Shown piece after piece: positions 39,901 to 55,989 of a stretch of DNA of 64,000 nt (its first letter is position 1; the number at the start of each line of letters is the position of its first letter). Under the pieces are notes generated by a model. The model saw only the letters and a program-made list of their open reading frames with translations. It did not search any database and had not been told where the DNA came from. Source of the DNA: Auanema rhodensis (lineage: Eukaryota; Animalia; Nematoda); the NCBI GenBank assembly GCA_964057225.1, contig OZ059900.1, positions 13,144,001 through 13,208,000 of the forward strand. The letters are read 5' to 3'. The translations under genes were made by a program, and so were the position numbers.

Positions 39901-42900
39901 AGGTAGTATCTCAATCTAACCAGAGAACTTCTGAAATGGAAATACATTTTGGAAAGCACACCACGAGTGTGCAATATTGAAAACTGTCTGTCTTAGTATG
40001 ATTATATGACACTATAGATGCCAAAGCAAAACAAATTTGAATATGAACATGACGCGTCTTTTACATTATAGTTTGACCGGATAAAGCTTTGTATAGCTTT
40101 GTACACTGATCACATATACGGCGAGAGGCTAGAACAGTTTATAAGTTTCCTGAATAGATTTGGTTTAATTACCCAAGTTAGAGGTAGTATCTCAATCTAA
40201 CCAGAGAACTTCTGAGTTGGAAATACATTTTGGAAAGCACACCATGAGTGTGCAATATTGAAAACTGTCTGTCTTAGTATAATTATATCACACTATAGAT
40301 GGCAAAGCAAAACAAATTTGAATATGAACATGACGCGTCTTTTACATTATAGTTTGACCCGATAAAGCTTTGTATAGCTTTGTACACTGATCACATATAC
40401 GGCGAGAGGCTAGAACAGTTTATAAGTTTCCTGAATAGATTTGGTTTAATTACCCAAGTTAGTGGTAGTATCTCAATCTAACCAGAGAACTTGTGAGTTG
40501 GAAATACATTTTGGAAAGCACACCATGAGTGTGCAATATTGAAAACTGTCTGTCTTAGTATGATTATATCACATTATAGATGCCAAAGCAAAACAAATTT
40601 GAATATGAACATGACGCGTCTTTTACATTATAGTTTGACCCGATAAAGCTTTGTATAGCTTTGTACACTGGTCACATATACGGCGAGAGGCTAGAACAGT
40701 TTATAAGTTTCCTGAATAGATTTGGTGTAATTACCCAAGTTAGAGGTAGTATCTCAATCTAACCAGAGAACTTCTGAGTTGGAAATACATTTTGGAAAGC
40801 ACACCATGAGTGTGCAATATTGAAAACTGTCTGTCTTAGTATGATTATATGACACTATAAATGATTAAGCAATATGAATTTGATCATGAACATGACGCGT
40901 CTTTTACATTATAGTTTGACCGGATAAAGCTTTGTATAGCTTTGTATAGCTTTGTACACTGATCACATATACGGCGATAGGCTAGAACAGTTCATAAGTT
41001 TCCTGAATAGATTTGGTTTAATTACCCAAGTTAGAGGTAGTATCTCAATCTAACCAGAGAACTTCTGAGTTAGAAATACATTTTGGAAAGCACACCACGA
41101 GTGTGCAATATTGAAAACTGTCTGTCTTAGTATGATTATATAACACTACAGATGCTAAAGCAAAATGAATTTGAATATGAACATGACGCGTCTTTTACAT
41201 TATAGTTTGACTGGATAAAGCTTTGTATAGCTTTGTATAGCTTTGTACACTGATCACATATACGGCGATAGGCTAGAACAGTTTATAAGTTTCCTGAATA
41301 GATTTGGTTTAATTACCCAAGTTAGAGGTAGTATCTCAATCTAACCAGAGAACTTCTGAGTTGGAAATACATTTTGGAAAGCACACCATGAGTGTGCAAT
41401 ATTGAAAACTGTCTGTCTTAGTATGATTATATGACACTATAGATGCCAAAGCAAAACAAATTTGAATATGAACATGACGCGTCTTTTACATTATAGTTTG
41501 ACCGGATAAAGCTTTGTATAGCTTTGTAGACTGATCACATATACGGCGATAGGCTAGAACAGTTTATAAGTTTCCTGAATAGATTTGGTTTAATTACCCA
41601 AGTTAGAGGTAGTATCTCAATCTAACCAGAGAACTTCTGAGTTGGAAATACATTTTGGAAAGCACACCATGAGTGTGCAATATTGAAAACTGTCTGTCTT
41701 AGTATGATTATATGACACTATAGATGCCAAAGCAAAACAAATTTGAATATGAACATGACGCGTCTTTTACATTATAGTTTGACCCGATAAAGCTTTGTAT
41801 AGCTTTGTACACTGGTCACATATACGGCGAGAGGCTAGAACAGTTTATAAGTTTCCTGAATAGATTTGGTTTAATTACCCAAGTTAGAGGTAGTATCTCA
41901 ATCTAACCAGAGAACTTCTGAGTTAGAAATACATTTTGGAAAGCACACCACGAGTGTGCAATATTGAAAACTGTCTGTCTTACTATGATTATATAACACT
42001 ACAGATGCTAAAGCAAAATGAATTTGAATATGAACATGACGCGTCTTTTACATTATAGTTTGACCGGATAAAGCTTTGTATAGCTTTGTATAGCTTTGTA
42101 CACTGATCACATATACGGCGATAGGCTAGAACAGTTTATAAGTTTCCTGAATAGATTTGGTTTAATTACCCAAGTTAGAGGTAGTATCTCAATCTAACCA
42201 GAGGACTTCTGAGTTGGAAATACATTTTGGAAAGCACACCACGAGTGTGCAATATTGAAAACTGTCTGTCTTACTATGATTATATAACACTACAGATGCT
42301 AAAGCAAAATGAATTTGAATATGAACATGACGCGTCTTTTACATTATAGTTTGACCGGATAAAGCTTTGTATAGCTTTGTATAGCTTTGTACACTGATCA
42401 CATATACGGCGATAGGCTAGAACAGTTTATAAGTTTCCTGAATAGATTTGGTTTAATTACCCAAGTTAGAGGTATTATCTCAATCTAACCAGAGAACTTC
42501 TGAGTTGGAAATACATTTTGGAAAGCACACCATGAGTGTGCAATATTGAAAACTGTCTGTCTTAGTATGATTATATGACACTATAGATGCCAAAGCAAAA
42601 CAAATTTGAATATGAACATGACGCGTCTTTTACATTATAGTTTGACTTGTTAAAGCTTTGTATAGCTTTGTACACTGATCACATATACGGCGAGAGGCTA
42701 GAACAGTTTATAAGTTTCCTGAATAGATTTGGTTTAATTACCCAAGTTAGAGGTAGTATCTCAATCTAACCAGAGAACTTCTGAGTTGGAAATACATTTT
42801 GGAAAGCACACCATGAGTGTGCAATATTGAAAACTGTCTGTCTTAGTATGATTATATGACACTATAAATGATTAAGCAATATGAATTTGATCATGAACAT

Positions 42901-43029
42901 GACGCGTCTTTTACATTATAGTTTGACAGGATAAAACTTTGTATAGCTTTGTATAGCTTTGTACACTGATCACATATACGGCGATAGGCTAGAACAGTTC
43001 ATAAGTTTCCTGAATAGATTTGGTTTAAT

Positions 43030-46000
43030 TACCCAAGTTAGAGGTAGTATCTCAATCTAACCAGAGAACTTCTGAGTTGGAAATACATTTTGGAAAGCAC
43101 ACCACGAGTGTGCAATATTGAAAACTGTCTGTCTTAGTATGATTATATAACACTACAGATGCTAAAGCAAAATGAATTTGAATATGAACATGACGCGTCT
43201 TTTACATTATAGTTTGACCGGATAAAGCTTTGTATAGCTTTGTATAGCTTTGTACACTGATCACATATACGGCGATAGGCTAGAACAGTTTATAAGTTTC
43301 CTGAATAGATTTGGTTTAATTACCCAAGTTAGAGGTAGTATCTCAATCTAACCAGAGGACTTCTGAGTTGGAAATACATTTTGGAAAGCACACCACGAGT
43401 GTGCAATATTGAAAACTGTCTGTCTTACTATGATTATATAACACTACAGATGCTAAAGCAAAATGAATTTGAATATGAACATGACGCGTCTTTTACATTA
43501 TAGTTTGACCGGATAAAGCTTTGTATAGCTTTGTATAGCTTTGTACACTGATCACATATACGGCGATAGGCTAGAACAGTTCATAAGTTTCCTGAATAGA
43601 TTTGGTTTAATTACCCAAGTTAGAGGTAGTATCTCAATCTAACCAGAGAACTTCTGAGTTGGAAATACATTTTGGAAAGCACACCACGAGTGTGCAATAT
43701 TGAAAACTGTCTGTCTTACTATGATTATATAACACTACAGATGCTAAAGCAAAATGAATTTGAATATGAACATGACGCGTCTTTTACATTATAGTTTGAC
43801 CGGATAAAGCTTTGTATAGCTTTGTATAGCTTTGTACACTGATCACATATACGGCGATAGGCTAGAACAGTTCATAAGTTTCCTGAATAGATTTGGTTTA
43901 ATTACCCAAGTTAGAGGTAGTATCTCAATCTAACCAGAGAACTTCTGAGTTGGAAATACATTTTGGAAAGCACACCACGAGTGTGCAATATTGAAAACTG
44001 TCTGTCTTACTATGATTATATAACACTACAGATGCTAAAGCAAAATGAATTTGAATATGAACATGACGCGTCTTTTACATTATAGTTTGACCGGATAAAG
44101 CTTTGTATAGCTTTGTATAGCTTTGTACACTGATCACATATACGGCGATAGGCTAGAACAGTTCATAAGTTTCCTGAATAGATTTGGTTTAATTACCCAA
44201 GTTAGAGGTAGTATCTCAATCTAACCAGAGGACTTCTGAGTTGGAAATACATTTTGGAAAGCACACCACGAGTGTGCAATATTGAAAACTGTCTGTCTTA
44301 CTATGATTATATAACACTACAGATGCTAAAGCAAAATGAATTTGAATATGAACATGACGCGTCTTTTACATTATAGTTTGACCGGATAAAGCTTTGTATA
44401 GCTTTGTATAGCTTTGTACACTGATCACATATACGGCGATAGGCTAGAACAGTTCATAAGTTTCCTGAATAGATTTGGTTTAATTACCCAAGTTAGAGGT
44501 AGTATCTCAATCTAACCAGAGAACTTCTGAGTTGGAAATACATTTTGGAAAGCACACCACGAGTGTGCAATATTGAAAACTGTCTGTCTTACTATGATTA
44601 TATAACACTACAGATGCTAAAGCAAAATGAATTTGAATATGAACATGACGCGTCTTTTACATTATAGTTTGACCGGATAAAGCTTTGTATAGCTTTGTAT
44701 AGCTTTGTACACTGATCACATATACGGCGATAGGCTAGAACAGTTTATAAGTTTCCTGAATAGATTTGGTTTAATTACCCAAGTTAGAGGTAGTATCTCA
44801 ATCTAACCAGAGGACTTCTGAGTTGGAAATACATTTTGGAAAGCACACCACGAGTGTGCAATATTGAAAACTGTCTGTCTTACTATGATTATATAACACT
44901 ACAGATGCTAAAGCAAAATGAATTTGAATATGAACATGACGCGTCTTTTACATTATAGTTTGACCGGATAAAGCTTTGTATAGCTTTGTATAGCTTTGTA
45001 CACTGATCACATATACGGCGATAGGCTAGAACAGTTCATAAGTTTCCTGAATAGATTTGGTTTAATTACCCAAGTTAGAGGTAGTATCTCAATCTAACCA
45101 GAGAACTTCTGAGTTGGAAATACATTTTGGAAAGCACACCACGAGTGTGCAATATTGAAAACTGTCTGTCTTACTATGATTATATAACACTACAGATGCT
45201 AAAGCAAAATGAATTTGAATATGAACATGACGCGTCTTTTACATTATAGTTTGACCGGATAAAGCTTTGTATAGCTTTGTATAGCTTTGTACACTGATCA
45301 CATATACGGCGATAGGCTAGAACAGTTCATAAGTTTCCTGAATAGATTTGGTTTAATTACCCAAGTTAGAGGTAGTATCTCAATCTAACCAGAGAACTTC
45401 TGAGTTGGAAATACATTTTGGAAAGCACACCACGAGTGTGCAATATTGAAAACTGTCTGTCTTACTATGATTATATAACACTACAGATGCTAAAGCAAAA
45501 TGAATTTGAATATGAACATGACGCGTCTTTTACATTATAGTTTGACCGGATAAAGCTTTGTATAGCTTTGTATAGCTTTGTACACTGATCACATATACGG
45601 CGATAGGCTAGAACAGTTCATAAGTTTCCTGAATAGATTTGGTTTAATTACCCAAGTTAGAGGTAGTATCTCAATCTAACCAGAGGACTTCTGAGTTGGA
45701 AATACATTTTGGAAAGCACACCACGAGTGTGCAATATTGAAAACTGTCTGTCTTACTATGATTATATAACACTACAGATGCTAAAGCAAAATGAATTTGA
45801 ATATGAACATGACGCGTCTTTTACATTATAGTTTGACCGGATAAAGCTTTGTATAGCTTTGTATAGCTTTGTACACTGATCACATATACGGCGATAGGCT
45901 AGAACAGTTCATAAGTTTCCTGAATAGATTTGGTTTAATTACCCAAGTTAGAGGTAGTATCTCAATCTAACCAGAGAACTTCTGAGTTGGAAATACATTT

Positions 46001-46230
46001 TGGAAAGCACACCACGAGTGTGCAATATTGAAAACTGTCTGTCTTACTATGATTATATAACACTACAGATGCTAAAGCAAAATGAATTTGAATATGAACA
46101 TGACGCGTCTTTTACATTATAGTTTGACCGGATAAAGCTTTGTATAGCTTTGTATAGCTTTGTACACTGATCACATATACGGCGATAGGCTAGAACAGTT
46201 TATAAGTTTCCTGAATAGATTTGGTTTAAT
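43030..46230 (-). repeat. Run of 11 class-C 291-bp monomers with 5-mer (1455 bp) periodicity
   Basis: CTACAGATGCTAAAGCAAAATGAA occurs in every monomer. GAGGAC at ~43358/44813 and ~44231/45686, and TTTATAAG at ~43290/44745/46200, are all 1455 bp apart. Confidence 0.85.
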
Positions 46231-49200
46231 TACCCAAGTTAGAGGTAGTATCTCAATCTAACCAGAGAACTTCTGAAATGGAAATACATTTTGGAAAGCA
46301 CACCACGAGTGTGCAATATTGAAAACTGTCTGTCTTAGTATGATTATATGACACTATAGATGCCAAAGCAAAACAAATTTGAATATGAACATGACGCGTC
46401 TTTTACATTATAGTTTGACTTGTTAAAGCTTTGTATAGCTTTGTACACTGATCACATATACGGCGAGAGGCTAGAACAGTTTATAAGTTTCCTGAATAGA
46501 TTTGGTTTAATTACCCAAGTTAGAGGTAGTATCTCAATCTAACCAGAGAACTTCTGAAATGGAAATACATTTTGGAAAGCACACCACCAGTGTGCAATAT
46601 TGAAAACTGTCTGTCTTAGTATGATTATATAACACTACAGATGCTAAAGCAAAATGAATTTGAATATGAACATGACGCGTCTTTTACATTATAGTTTGAC
46701 CGGATAAAGCTTTGTATAGCTTTGTATAGCTTTGTACACTGATCACATATACGGCGATAGGCTAGAACAGTTTATAAGTTTCCTGAATAGATTTGGTTTA
46801 ATTACCCAAGTTAGAGGTAGTATCTCAATCTAACCAGAGAACTTCTGAGTTGGAAATACATTTTGGAAAGCACACCATGAGTGTGCAATATTGAAAACTG
46901 TCTGTCTTAGTATGACTATATGACACTATAGATGCCAAAGCAAAACAAATTTGAATATGAACATGACGCGTCTTTTACATTATAGTTTGACCCGATAAAG
47001 CTTTGTATAGCTTTGTATAGCTTTGTACACTGATCACATATACGGCGATAGGCTAGAACAGTTTATAAGTTTCCTGAATAGATTTGGTTTAATTACCCAA
47101 GTTAGAGGTAGTATCTCAATCTAACCAGAGAACTTCTGAGTTGGAAATACATTTTGGAAAGCACACCATGAGTGTGCAATATTGAAAACTGTCTGTCTTA
47201 GTATGACTATATGACCCTATAGATGCCAAAGCAAAACAAATTTGAATATGAACATGACGCGTCTTTTACATTATAGTTTGACTTGTTAAAGCTTTGTATA
47301 GCTTTGTACACTGATCACATATAAGGCGAGAGGCTAGAACAGTTTATAAGTTTCCTGAATAGATTTGGTTTAATTACCCAAGTTAGAGGTAGTATCTCAA
47401 TCTAACCAGAGAACTTCTGAGTTGGAAATACATTTTGGAAAGCACACCATGAGTGTGCAATATTGAAAACTGTCTGTCTTAGTATAATTATATCACACTA
47501 TAGATGCCAAAGCAAAACAAATTTGAATATGAACATGACGCGTCTTTTACATTATAGTTTGACCCGATAAAGCTTTGTATAGCTTTGTACACTGATCACA
47601 TATACGGCGAGAGGCTAGAACACTTTATAAGTTTCCTGAATAGATTTGGTTTAATTACCCAAGTTAGAGGTAGTATCTCAATCTAACCAGAGAACTTCTG
47701 AGTTGGAAATACATTTTGGAAAGCACACCATGAGTGTGCAATATTGAAAACTGTCTGTCTTAGTATAATTATATCACACTATAGATGCCAAAGCAAAACA
47801 AATTTGAATATGAACATGACGCGTCTTTTACATTATAGTTTGACCCGATAAAGCTTTGTATAGCTTTGTACACTGATCACATATACGGCGAGAGGCTAGA
47901 ACAGTTTATAAGTTTCCTGAATAGATTTGGTTTAATTACCCAAGTTAGAGGTAGTATCTCAATCTAACCAGAGAACTTCTGAGTTGGAAATACATTTTGG
48001 AAAGCACACCATGAGTGTGCAATATTGAAAACTGTCTGTCTTAGTATGATTATATCACACTATAGATGCCAAAGCAAAACAAATTTGAATATGAACATGA
48101 CGCGTCTTTTACATTATAGTTTGACCGGATAAAGCTTTGTATAGCTTTGTACACTGATCACATATTCGGCGATAGGCTAGAACAGTTCATAAGTTTCCTG
48201 AATAGATTTGGTTTAATTACCCAAGTTAGACGTAGTATCTCTATCTAACCAGAGAACTTCTGAGTTGGAAATACATTTTGGAAAGCACACCATGAGTGTG
48301 CAATATTGAAAACTGTCTGTCTTAGTATGATTATATGACACTATAGATGCCAAAGCAAAACAAATTTGAATATGAACATGACGCGTCTTTTACATTATAG
48401 TTTGACCGGATAAAGCTTTGTATAGCTTCGTATAGCTTTGTACACTGATCACATATACGGCGATAGGCTAGAACAGTTTATAAGTTTCCTGAATAGATTT
48501 GGTTTAATTACCCAAGTTAGAGGTAGTATCTCAATCTAACCAGAGAACTTCTGAGTTGGAAATACATTTTGGAAAGCACACCATGAGTGTGCAATATTGA
48601 AAACTGTCTGTCTTAATATGATTATATGACACTATAGATGCCAAAGCAAAACAAATTTGAATATGAACATGACGCGTCTTTTACATTATAGTTTGACCGG
48701 ATAAAGCTTTGTATAGCTTTGTACACTGATCACATATTCGGCGATAGGCTAGAACAGTTCATAAGTTTCCTGAATAGATTTGGTTTAATTACCCAAGTTA
48801 GAGGTAGGATCTCAATCTAACCAGAGAACTTCTGAGTTGGAAATACATTTTGGAAAGCACACCACGAGTGTGCAATATTGAAAACTGTCTGTCTTAGTAT
48901 GATTATATGACACTATAGATGCCAAAGCAAAACAAATTTGAATATGAACATGACGCGTCTTTTACATTATAGTTTGACCGGATAAAGCTTTGCATAGCTT
49001 TGTACACTGATCACATATACGGCGATAGGCTAGAACAGTTCATAAGTTTCCTGAATAGATTTGGTTTAATTACCCAAGTTAGAGGTAGTATCTCTATCTA
49101 ACCAAAGAACTTCTGAGTTGGAAATACATTTTGGAAAGCACACCATGAGTGTGCAATATTGAAAACTGTCTGTCTTAGTATGATTATATGACACTATAGA

Positions 49201-52200
49201 TGCCAAAGCAAAACAAATTTGAATATGAACATGACGCGTCTTTTACATTATAGTTTGACCGGATAAAGCTTTGTATAGCTTTGTATAGCTTTGTACACTG
49301 ATCACATATACGGCGATAGGCTAGAACAGTTCATAAGTTTCCTGAATAGATTTGGTTTAATTACCCAAGTTAGAGGTAGTATCTCTATCTAACCAGAGAA
49401 CTTCTGAGTTGGAAATACATTTTGGAAAGCACACCATGAGTGTGCAATATTGAAAACTGTCTGTCTTAGTATGATTATATGACACTATAGATGATTAAGC
49501 AATATGAATTTGATCATGAACATGACGCGTCTTTTACATTATAGTTTGACCGGATAAAGCTTTGTATAGCTTTGTATAGCTTTGTACACTGATCACATAT
49601 TCGGCGATAGGCTAGAACAGTTCATAAGTTTCCTGAATAGATTTGGTTTAATTACCCAAGTTAGAGGTAGTATCTCTATCTAACCAGAGAACTTCTGAGT
49701 TGGAAATACATTTTGGAAAGCACACCACGAGTGTGCAATATTGAAAACTGTCTGTCTTAGTATGATTATATGACACTTTAGATGCCAAAGCAAAACAAAT
49801 TTGAATATGAACATGACGCGTCTTTTACATTATAGTTTGACCGGATAAAGCTTTGTATAGCTTTGTACACTGATCACATATTCGGCGATAGGCTAGAACA
49901 GTTCATAAGTTTCCTGAATAGATTTGGTTTAATTACCCAAGTTAGAGGTAGGATCTCAATCTAACCAGAGAACTTCTGAGTTGGAAATACATTTTGGAAA
50001 GCACACCACGAGTGTGCAATATTGAAAACTGTCTGTCTTAGTATGATTATATGACACTATAGATGCCAAAGCAAAACAAATTTGAATATGAACATGACGC
50101 GTCTTTTACATTATAGTTTGACCGGATAAAGCTTTGCATAGCTTTGTACACTGATCACATATACGGCGATAGGCTAGAACAGTTCATAAGTTTCCTGAAT
50201 AGATTTGGTTTAATTACCCAAGTTAGAGGTAGTATCTCTATCTAACCAGAGAACTTCTGAGTTGGAAATACATTTTGGAAAGCACACCATGAGTGTGCAA
50301 TATTGAAAACTGTCTGTCTTAGTATGATTATATGACACTATAGATGCCAAAGCAAAACAAATTTGAATATGAACATGACGCGTCTTTTACATTATAGTTT
50401 GACCGGATAAAGCTTTGTATAGCTTTGTATAGCTTTGTACACTGATCACATATACGGCGATAGGCTAGAACAGTTCATAAGTTTCCTGAATAGATTTGGT
50501 TTAATTACCCAAGTTAGAGGTAGTATCTCTATCTAACCAGAGAACTTCTGAGTTGGAAATACATTTTGGAAAGCACACCATGAGTGTGCAATATTGAAAA
50601 CTGTCTGTCTTAGTATGATTATATGACACTATAGATGATTAAGCAATATGAATTTGATCATGAACATGACGCGTCTTTTACATTATAGTTTGACCGGATA
50701 AAGCTTTGTATAGCTTTGTATAGCTTTGTACACTGATCACATATACGGCGAAAGGCTAGAACAGTTTATAAGTTTCCTGAATAGATTTGGTTTAATTACC
50801 CAAGTTAGAGGTAGTATCTCAATCTAACCAGAGAACTTCTGAGTTGGAAATACATTTTGGAAAGCACACCACGAGTGTGCAATATTGAAAACTGTCTGTC
50901 TTAGTATGATTATATGACACTATAGATGCCAAAGCAAAACAAATTTGAATATGAACATGACGCGTCTTTTACATTATAGTTTGACCGGATAAAGCTTTGT
51001 ATAGCTTTGTATAGCTTTGTACACTGATCACATATACGGCGATAGGCTAGAACAGTTTATAAGTTTCCTGAATAGATTTGGTTTAATTACCCAAGTTAGA
51101 GGTAGTATCTCAATCTAAGCAGAGAACTTCTGAGTTGGAAATACATTTTGGAAAGCACACCATGAGTGTGCAATATTGAAAACTGTCTGTCTTAGTATGA
51201 TTATATGACACTATAGATGCCAAAGCAAAACAAATTTGAATATGAACATGACGCGTCTTTTACATTATAGTTTGACCGGATAAAGCTTTGTATAGCTTTG
51301 TATAGCTTTGTACACTGATCACATATACGGCGATAGGCTAGAACAGTTTATAAGTTTCCTGAATAGATTTGGTTTAATTACCCAAGTTAGAGGTAGTATC
51401 TCAATCTAACCAGAGAACTTCTGAGTTGGAAATACATTTTGGAAAGCACACCATGAGTGTGCAATATTGAAAACTGTCTGTCTTAATATGATTATATGAC
51501 ACTATAGATGCCAAAGCAAAACAAATTTGAATATGAACATGACGCGTCTTTTACATTATAGTTTGACCGGATAAAGCTTTGTATAGCTTTGTATAGCTTT
51601 GTACACTGATCACATATACGGCGATAGGCTAGAACAGTTTATAAGTTTCCTGAATAGATTTGGTTTAATTACCCAAGTTAGAGGTAGTATCTCAATCTAA
51701 CCAGAGAACTTCTGAGTTGGAAATACATTTTGGAAAGCACACCATGAGTGTGCAATATTGAAAACTGTCTGTCTTATTATGATTATATGACACTATAGAT
51801 GCCAAAGCAAAACAAATTTGAATATGAACATGACGCGTCTTTTACATTATAGTTTGACCGGATAAAGCTTTGTATAGCTTTGTATAGCTTTGTACACTGA
51901 TCACATATACGGCGATAGGCTAGAACAGTTTATAAGTTTCCTGAATAGATTTGGTTTAATTACCCAAGTTAGAGGTAGTATCTCAATCTAACCAGAGAAC
52001 TTCTGAGTTGGAAATACATTTTGGAAAGCACACCATGAGTGTGCAATATTGAAAACTGTCTGTCTTAGTATGATTATATCACACTATAGATGCCAAAGCA
52101 AAACAAATTTGAATATGAACATGACGCGTCTTTTACATTATAGTTTGACCGGATAAAGCTTTGTATAGCTTTGTACACTGATCACATATTCGGCGATAGG

Positions 52201-55200
52201 CTAGAACAGTTCATAAGTTTCCTGAATAGATTTGGTTCAATTACCCAAGTTAGAGGTAGTATCTCTATCTAACCAGAGAACTTCTGAGTTGGAAATACAT
52301 TTTGGAAAGCACACCATGAGTGTGCAATATTGAAAACTGTCTGTCTTAGTATGATTATATGACACTATAGATGCCAAAGCAAAACAAATTTGAATATGAA
52401 CATGACGCGTCTTTTACATTATAGTTTGACCGGATAAAGCTTTGTATAGCTTTGTATAGCTTTGTACACTGATCACATATACGGCGATAGGCTAGAACAG
52501 TTTATAAGTTTCCTGAATAGATTTGGTTTAATTACCCAAGTTAGAGGTAGTATCTCAATCTAACCAGAGAACTTCTGAGTTGGAAATACATTTTGGAAAG
52601 CACACCATGAGTGTGCAATATTGAAAACTGTCTGTCTTAGTATGATTATATCACACTATAGATGCCAAAGCAAAACAAATTTGAATATGAACATGACGCG
52701 TCTTTTACATTATAGTTTGACCGGATAAAGCTTTCTATAGCTTTGTACACTGATCACATATTCGGCGATAGGCTAGAACAGTTCATAAGTTTCCTGAATA
52801 GATTTGGTTCAATTACCCAAGTTAGAGGTAGTATCTCTATCTAACCAGAGAACTTCTGAGTTGGAAATACATTTTGGAAAGCACACCATGAGTGTGCAAT
52901 ATTGAAAACTGTCTGTCTTAGTATGATTATATGACACTATAGATGCCAAAGCAAAACAAATTTGAATATGAACATGACGCGTCTTTTACATTATAGTTTG
53001 ACCGGATAAAGCTTTGTATAGCTTTGTACACTGATCACATATTCGGCGATAGGCTAGAACAGTTCATATGTTTCCTGAATAGATTTGGTTCAATTACCCA
53101 AGTTAGAGGTAGTATCTCTATCTAACCAGAGAACTTCTGAGTTGGAAATACATTTTGGAAAGCACACCATGAGTGTGCAATATTGAAAACTGTCTGTCTT
53201 AGTATGATTATATGACACTATAGATGCCAAAGCAAAACAAATTTGAATATGAACATGACGCGTCTTTTACATTATAGTTTGACCGGATAAAGCTTTGTAT
53301 AGCTTTGTATAGCTTTGTACACTGATCACATATACGGCGATAGGCTAGAACAGTTTATAAGTTTCCTGAATAGATTTGGTTTAATTACCCAAGTTAGAGG
53401 TAGTATCTCAATCTAACCAGAGAACTTCTGAGTTGGAAATACATTTTGGAAAGCACACCATGAGTGTGCAATATTGAAAACTGTCTGTCTTAGTATGATT
53501 ATATCACACTATAGATGCCAAAGCAAAACAAATTTGAATATGAACATGACGCGTCTTTTACATTATAGTTTGACCGGATAAAGCTTTGTATAGCTTTGTA
53601 CACTGATCACATATTCGGCGATAGGCTAGAACAGTTCATAAGTTTCCTGAATAGATTTGGTTCAATTACCCAAGTTAGAGGTAGTATCTCTATCTAACCA
53701 GAGAACTTCTGAGTTGGAAATACATTTTGGAAAGCACACCATGAGTGTGCAATATTGAAAACTGTCTGTCTTAGTATGATTATATGACACTATAGATGCC
53801 AAAGCAAAACAAATTTGAATATGAACATGACGCGTCTTTTACATTATAGTTTGACCGGATAAAGCTTTGTATAGCTTTGTACACTGATCACATATTCGGC
53901 GATAGGCTAGAACAGTTCATAAGTTTCCTGAATAGATTTGGTTTAATTACCCAAGTTAGAGGTAGTATCTCTATCTAACCAGAGAACTTCTGAGTTGGAA
54001 ATACATTTTGGAAAGCACACCATGAGTGTGCAATATTGAAAACTGTCTGTCTTAGTATGATTATATGACACTATAGATGCCAAAGCAAAACAAATTTGAA
54101 TATGAACATGACGCGTCTTTTACATTATAGTTTGACCGGATAAAGCTTTGTATAGCTTTGTATAGCTTTGTACACTGATCACATATACGGCGATAGGCTA
54201 GAACAGTTTATAAGTTTCCTGAATAGATTTGGTTTAATTACCCAAGTTAGAGGTAGTATCTCAATCTAACCAGAGAACTTCTGAGTTGGAAATACATTTT
54301 GGAAAGCACACCACGAGTGTGCAATATTGAAAACTGTCTGTCTTAGTATGATTATATGACACTATAGATGCCAAAGCAAAACAAATTTGAATATGAACAT
54401 GACGCGTCTTTTACATTATAGTTTGACCGGATAAAGCTTTGTATAGCTTTGTATAGCTTTGTACACTGATCACATATACGGCGATAGGCTAGAACAGTTT
54501 ATAAGTTTCCTGAATAGATTTGGTTTAATTACCCAAGTTAGAGGTAGTATCTCAATCTAAGCAGAGAACTTCTGAGTTGGAAATACATTTTGGAAAGCAC
54601 ACCATGAGTGTGCAATATTGAAAACTGTCTGTCTTAGTATGATTATATGACACTATAGATGCCAAAGCAAAACAAATTTGAATATGAACATGACGCGTCT
54701 TTTACATTATAGTTTGACCGGATAAAGCTTTGTATAGCTTTGTATAGCTTTGTACACTGATCACATATACGGCGATAGGCTAGAACAGTTTATAAGTTTC
54801 CTGAATAGATTTGGTTTAATTACCCAAGTTAGAGGTAGTATCTCAATCTAACCAGAGAACTTCTGAGTTGGAAATACATTTTGGAAAGCACACCATGAGT
54901 GTGCAATATTGAAAACTGTCTGTCTTAATATGATTATATGACACTATAGATGCCAAAGCAAAACAAATTTGAATATGAACATGACGCGTCTTTTACATTA
55001 TAGTTTGACCGGATAAAGCTTTGTATAGCTTTGTATAGCTTTGTACACTGATCACATATACGGCGATAGGCTAGAACAGTTTATAAGTTTCCTGAATAGA
55101 TTTGGTTTAATTACCCAAGTTAGAGGTAGTATCTCAATCTAACCAGAGAACTTCTGAGTTGGAAATACATTTTGGAAAGCACACCATGAGTGTGCAATAT

Positions 55201-55989
55201 TGAAAACTGTCTGTCTTAATATGATTATATGACACTATAGATGCCAAAGCAAAACAAATTTGAATATGAACATGACGCGTCTTTTACATTATAGTTTGAC
55301 CGGATAAAGCTTTGTATAGCTTTGTATAGCTTTGTACACTGATCACATATACGGCGATAGGCTAGAACAGTTTATAAGTTTCCTGAATAGATTTGGTTTA
55401 ATTACCCAAGTTAGAGGTAGTATCTCAATCTAACCAGAGAACTTCTGAGTTGGAAATACATTTTGGAAAGCACACCATGAGTGTGCAATATTGAAAACTG
55501 TCTGTCTTAATATGATTATATGACACTATAGATGCCAAAGCAAAACAAATTTGAATATGAACATGACGCGTCTTTTACATTATAGTTTGACCGGATAAAG
55601 CTTTGTATAGCTTTGTATAGCTTTGTACACTGATCACATATACGGCGATAGGCTAGAACAGTTTATAAGTTTCCTGAATAGATTTGGTTTAATTACCCAA
55701 GTTAGAGGTAGTATCTCAATCTAACCAGAGAACTTCTGAGTTGGAAATACATTTTGGAAAGCACACCATGAGTGTGCAATATTGAAAACTGTCTGTCTTA
55801 ATATGATTATATGACACTATAGATGCCAAAGCAAAACAAATTTGAATATGAACATGACGCGTCTTTTACATTATAGTTTGACCGGATAAAGCTTTGTATA
55901 GCTTTGTATAGCTTTGTACACTGATCACATATACGGCGATAGGCTAGAACAGTTTATAAGTTTCCTGAATAGATTTGGTTTAATTACCC

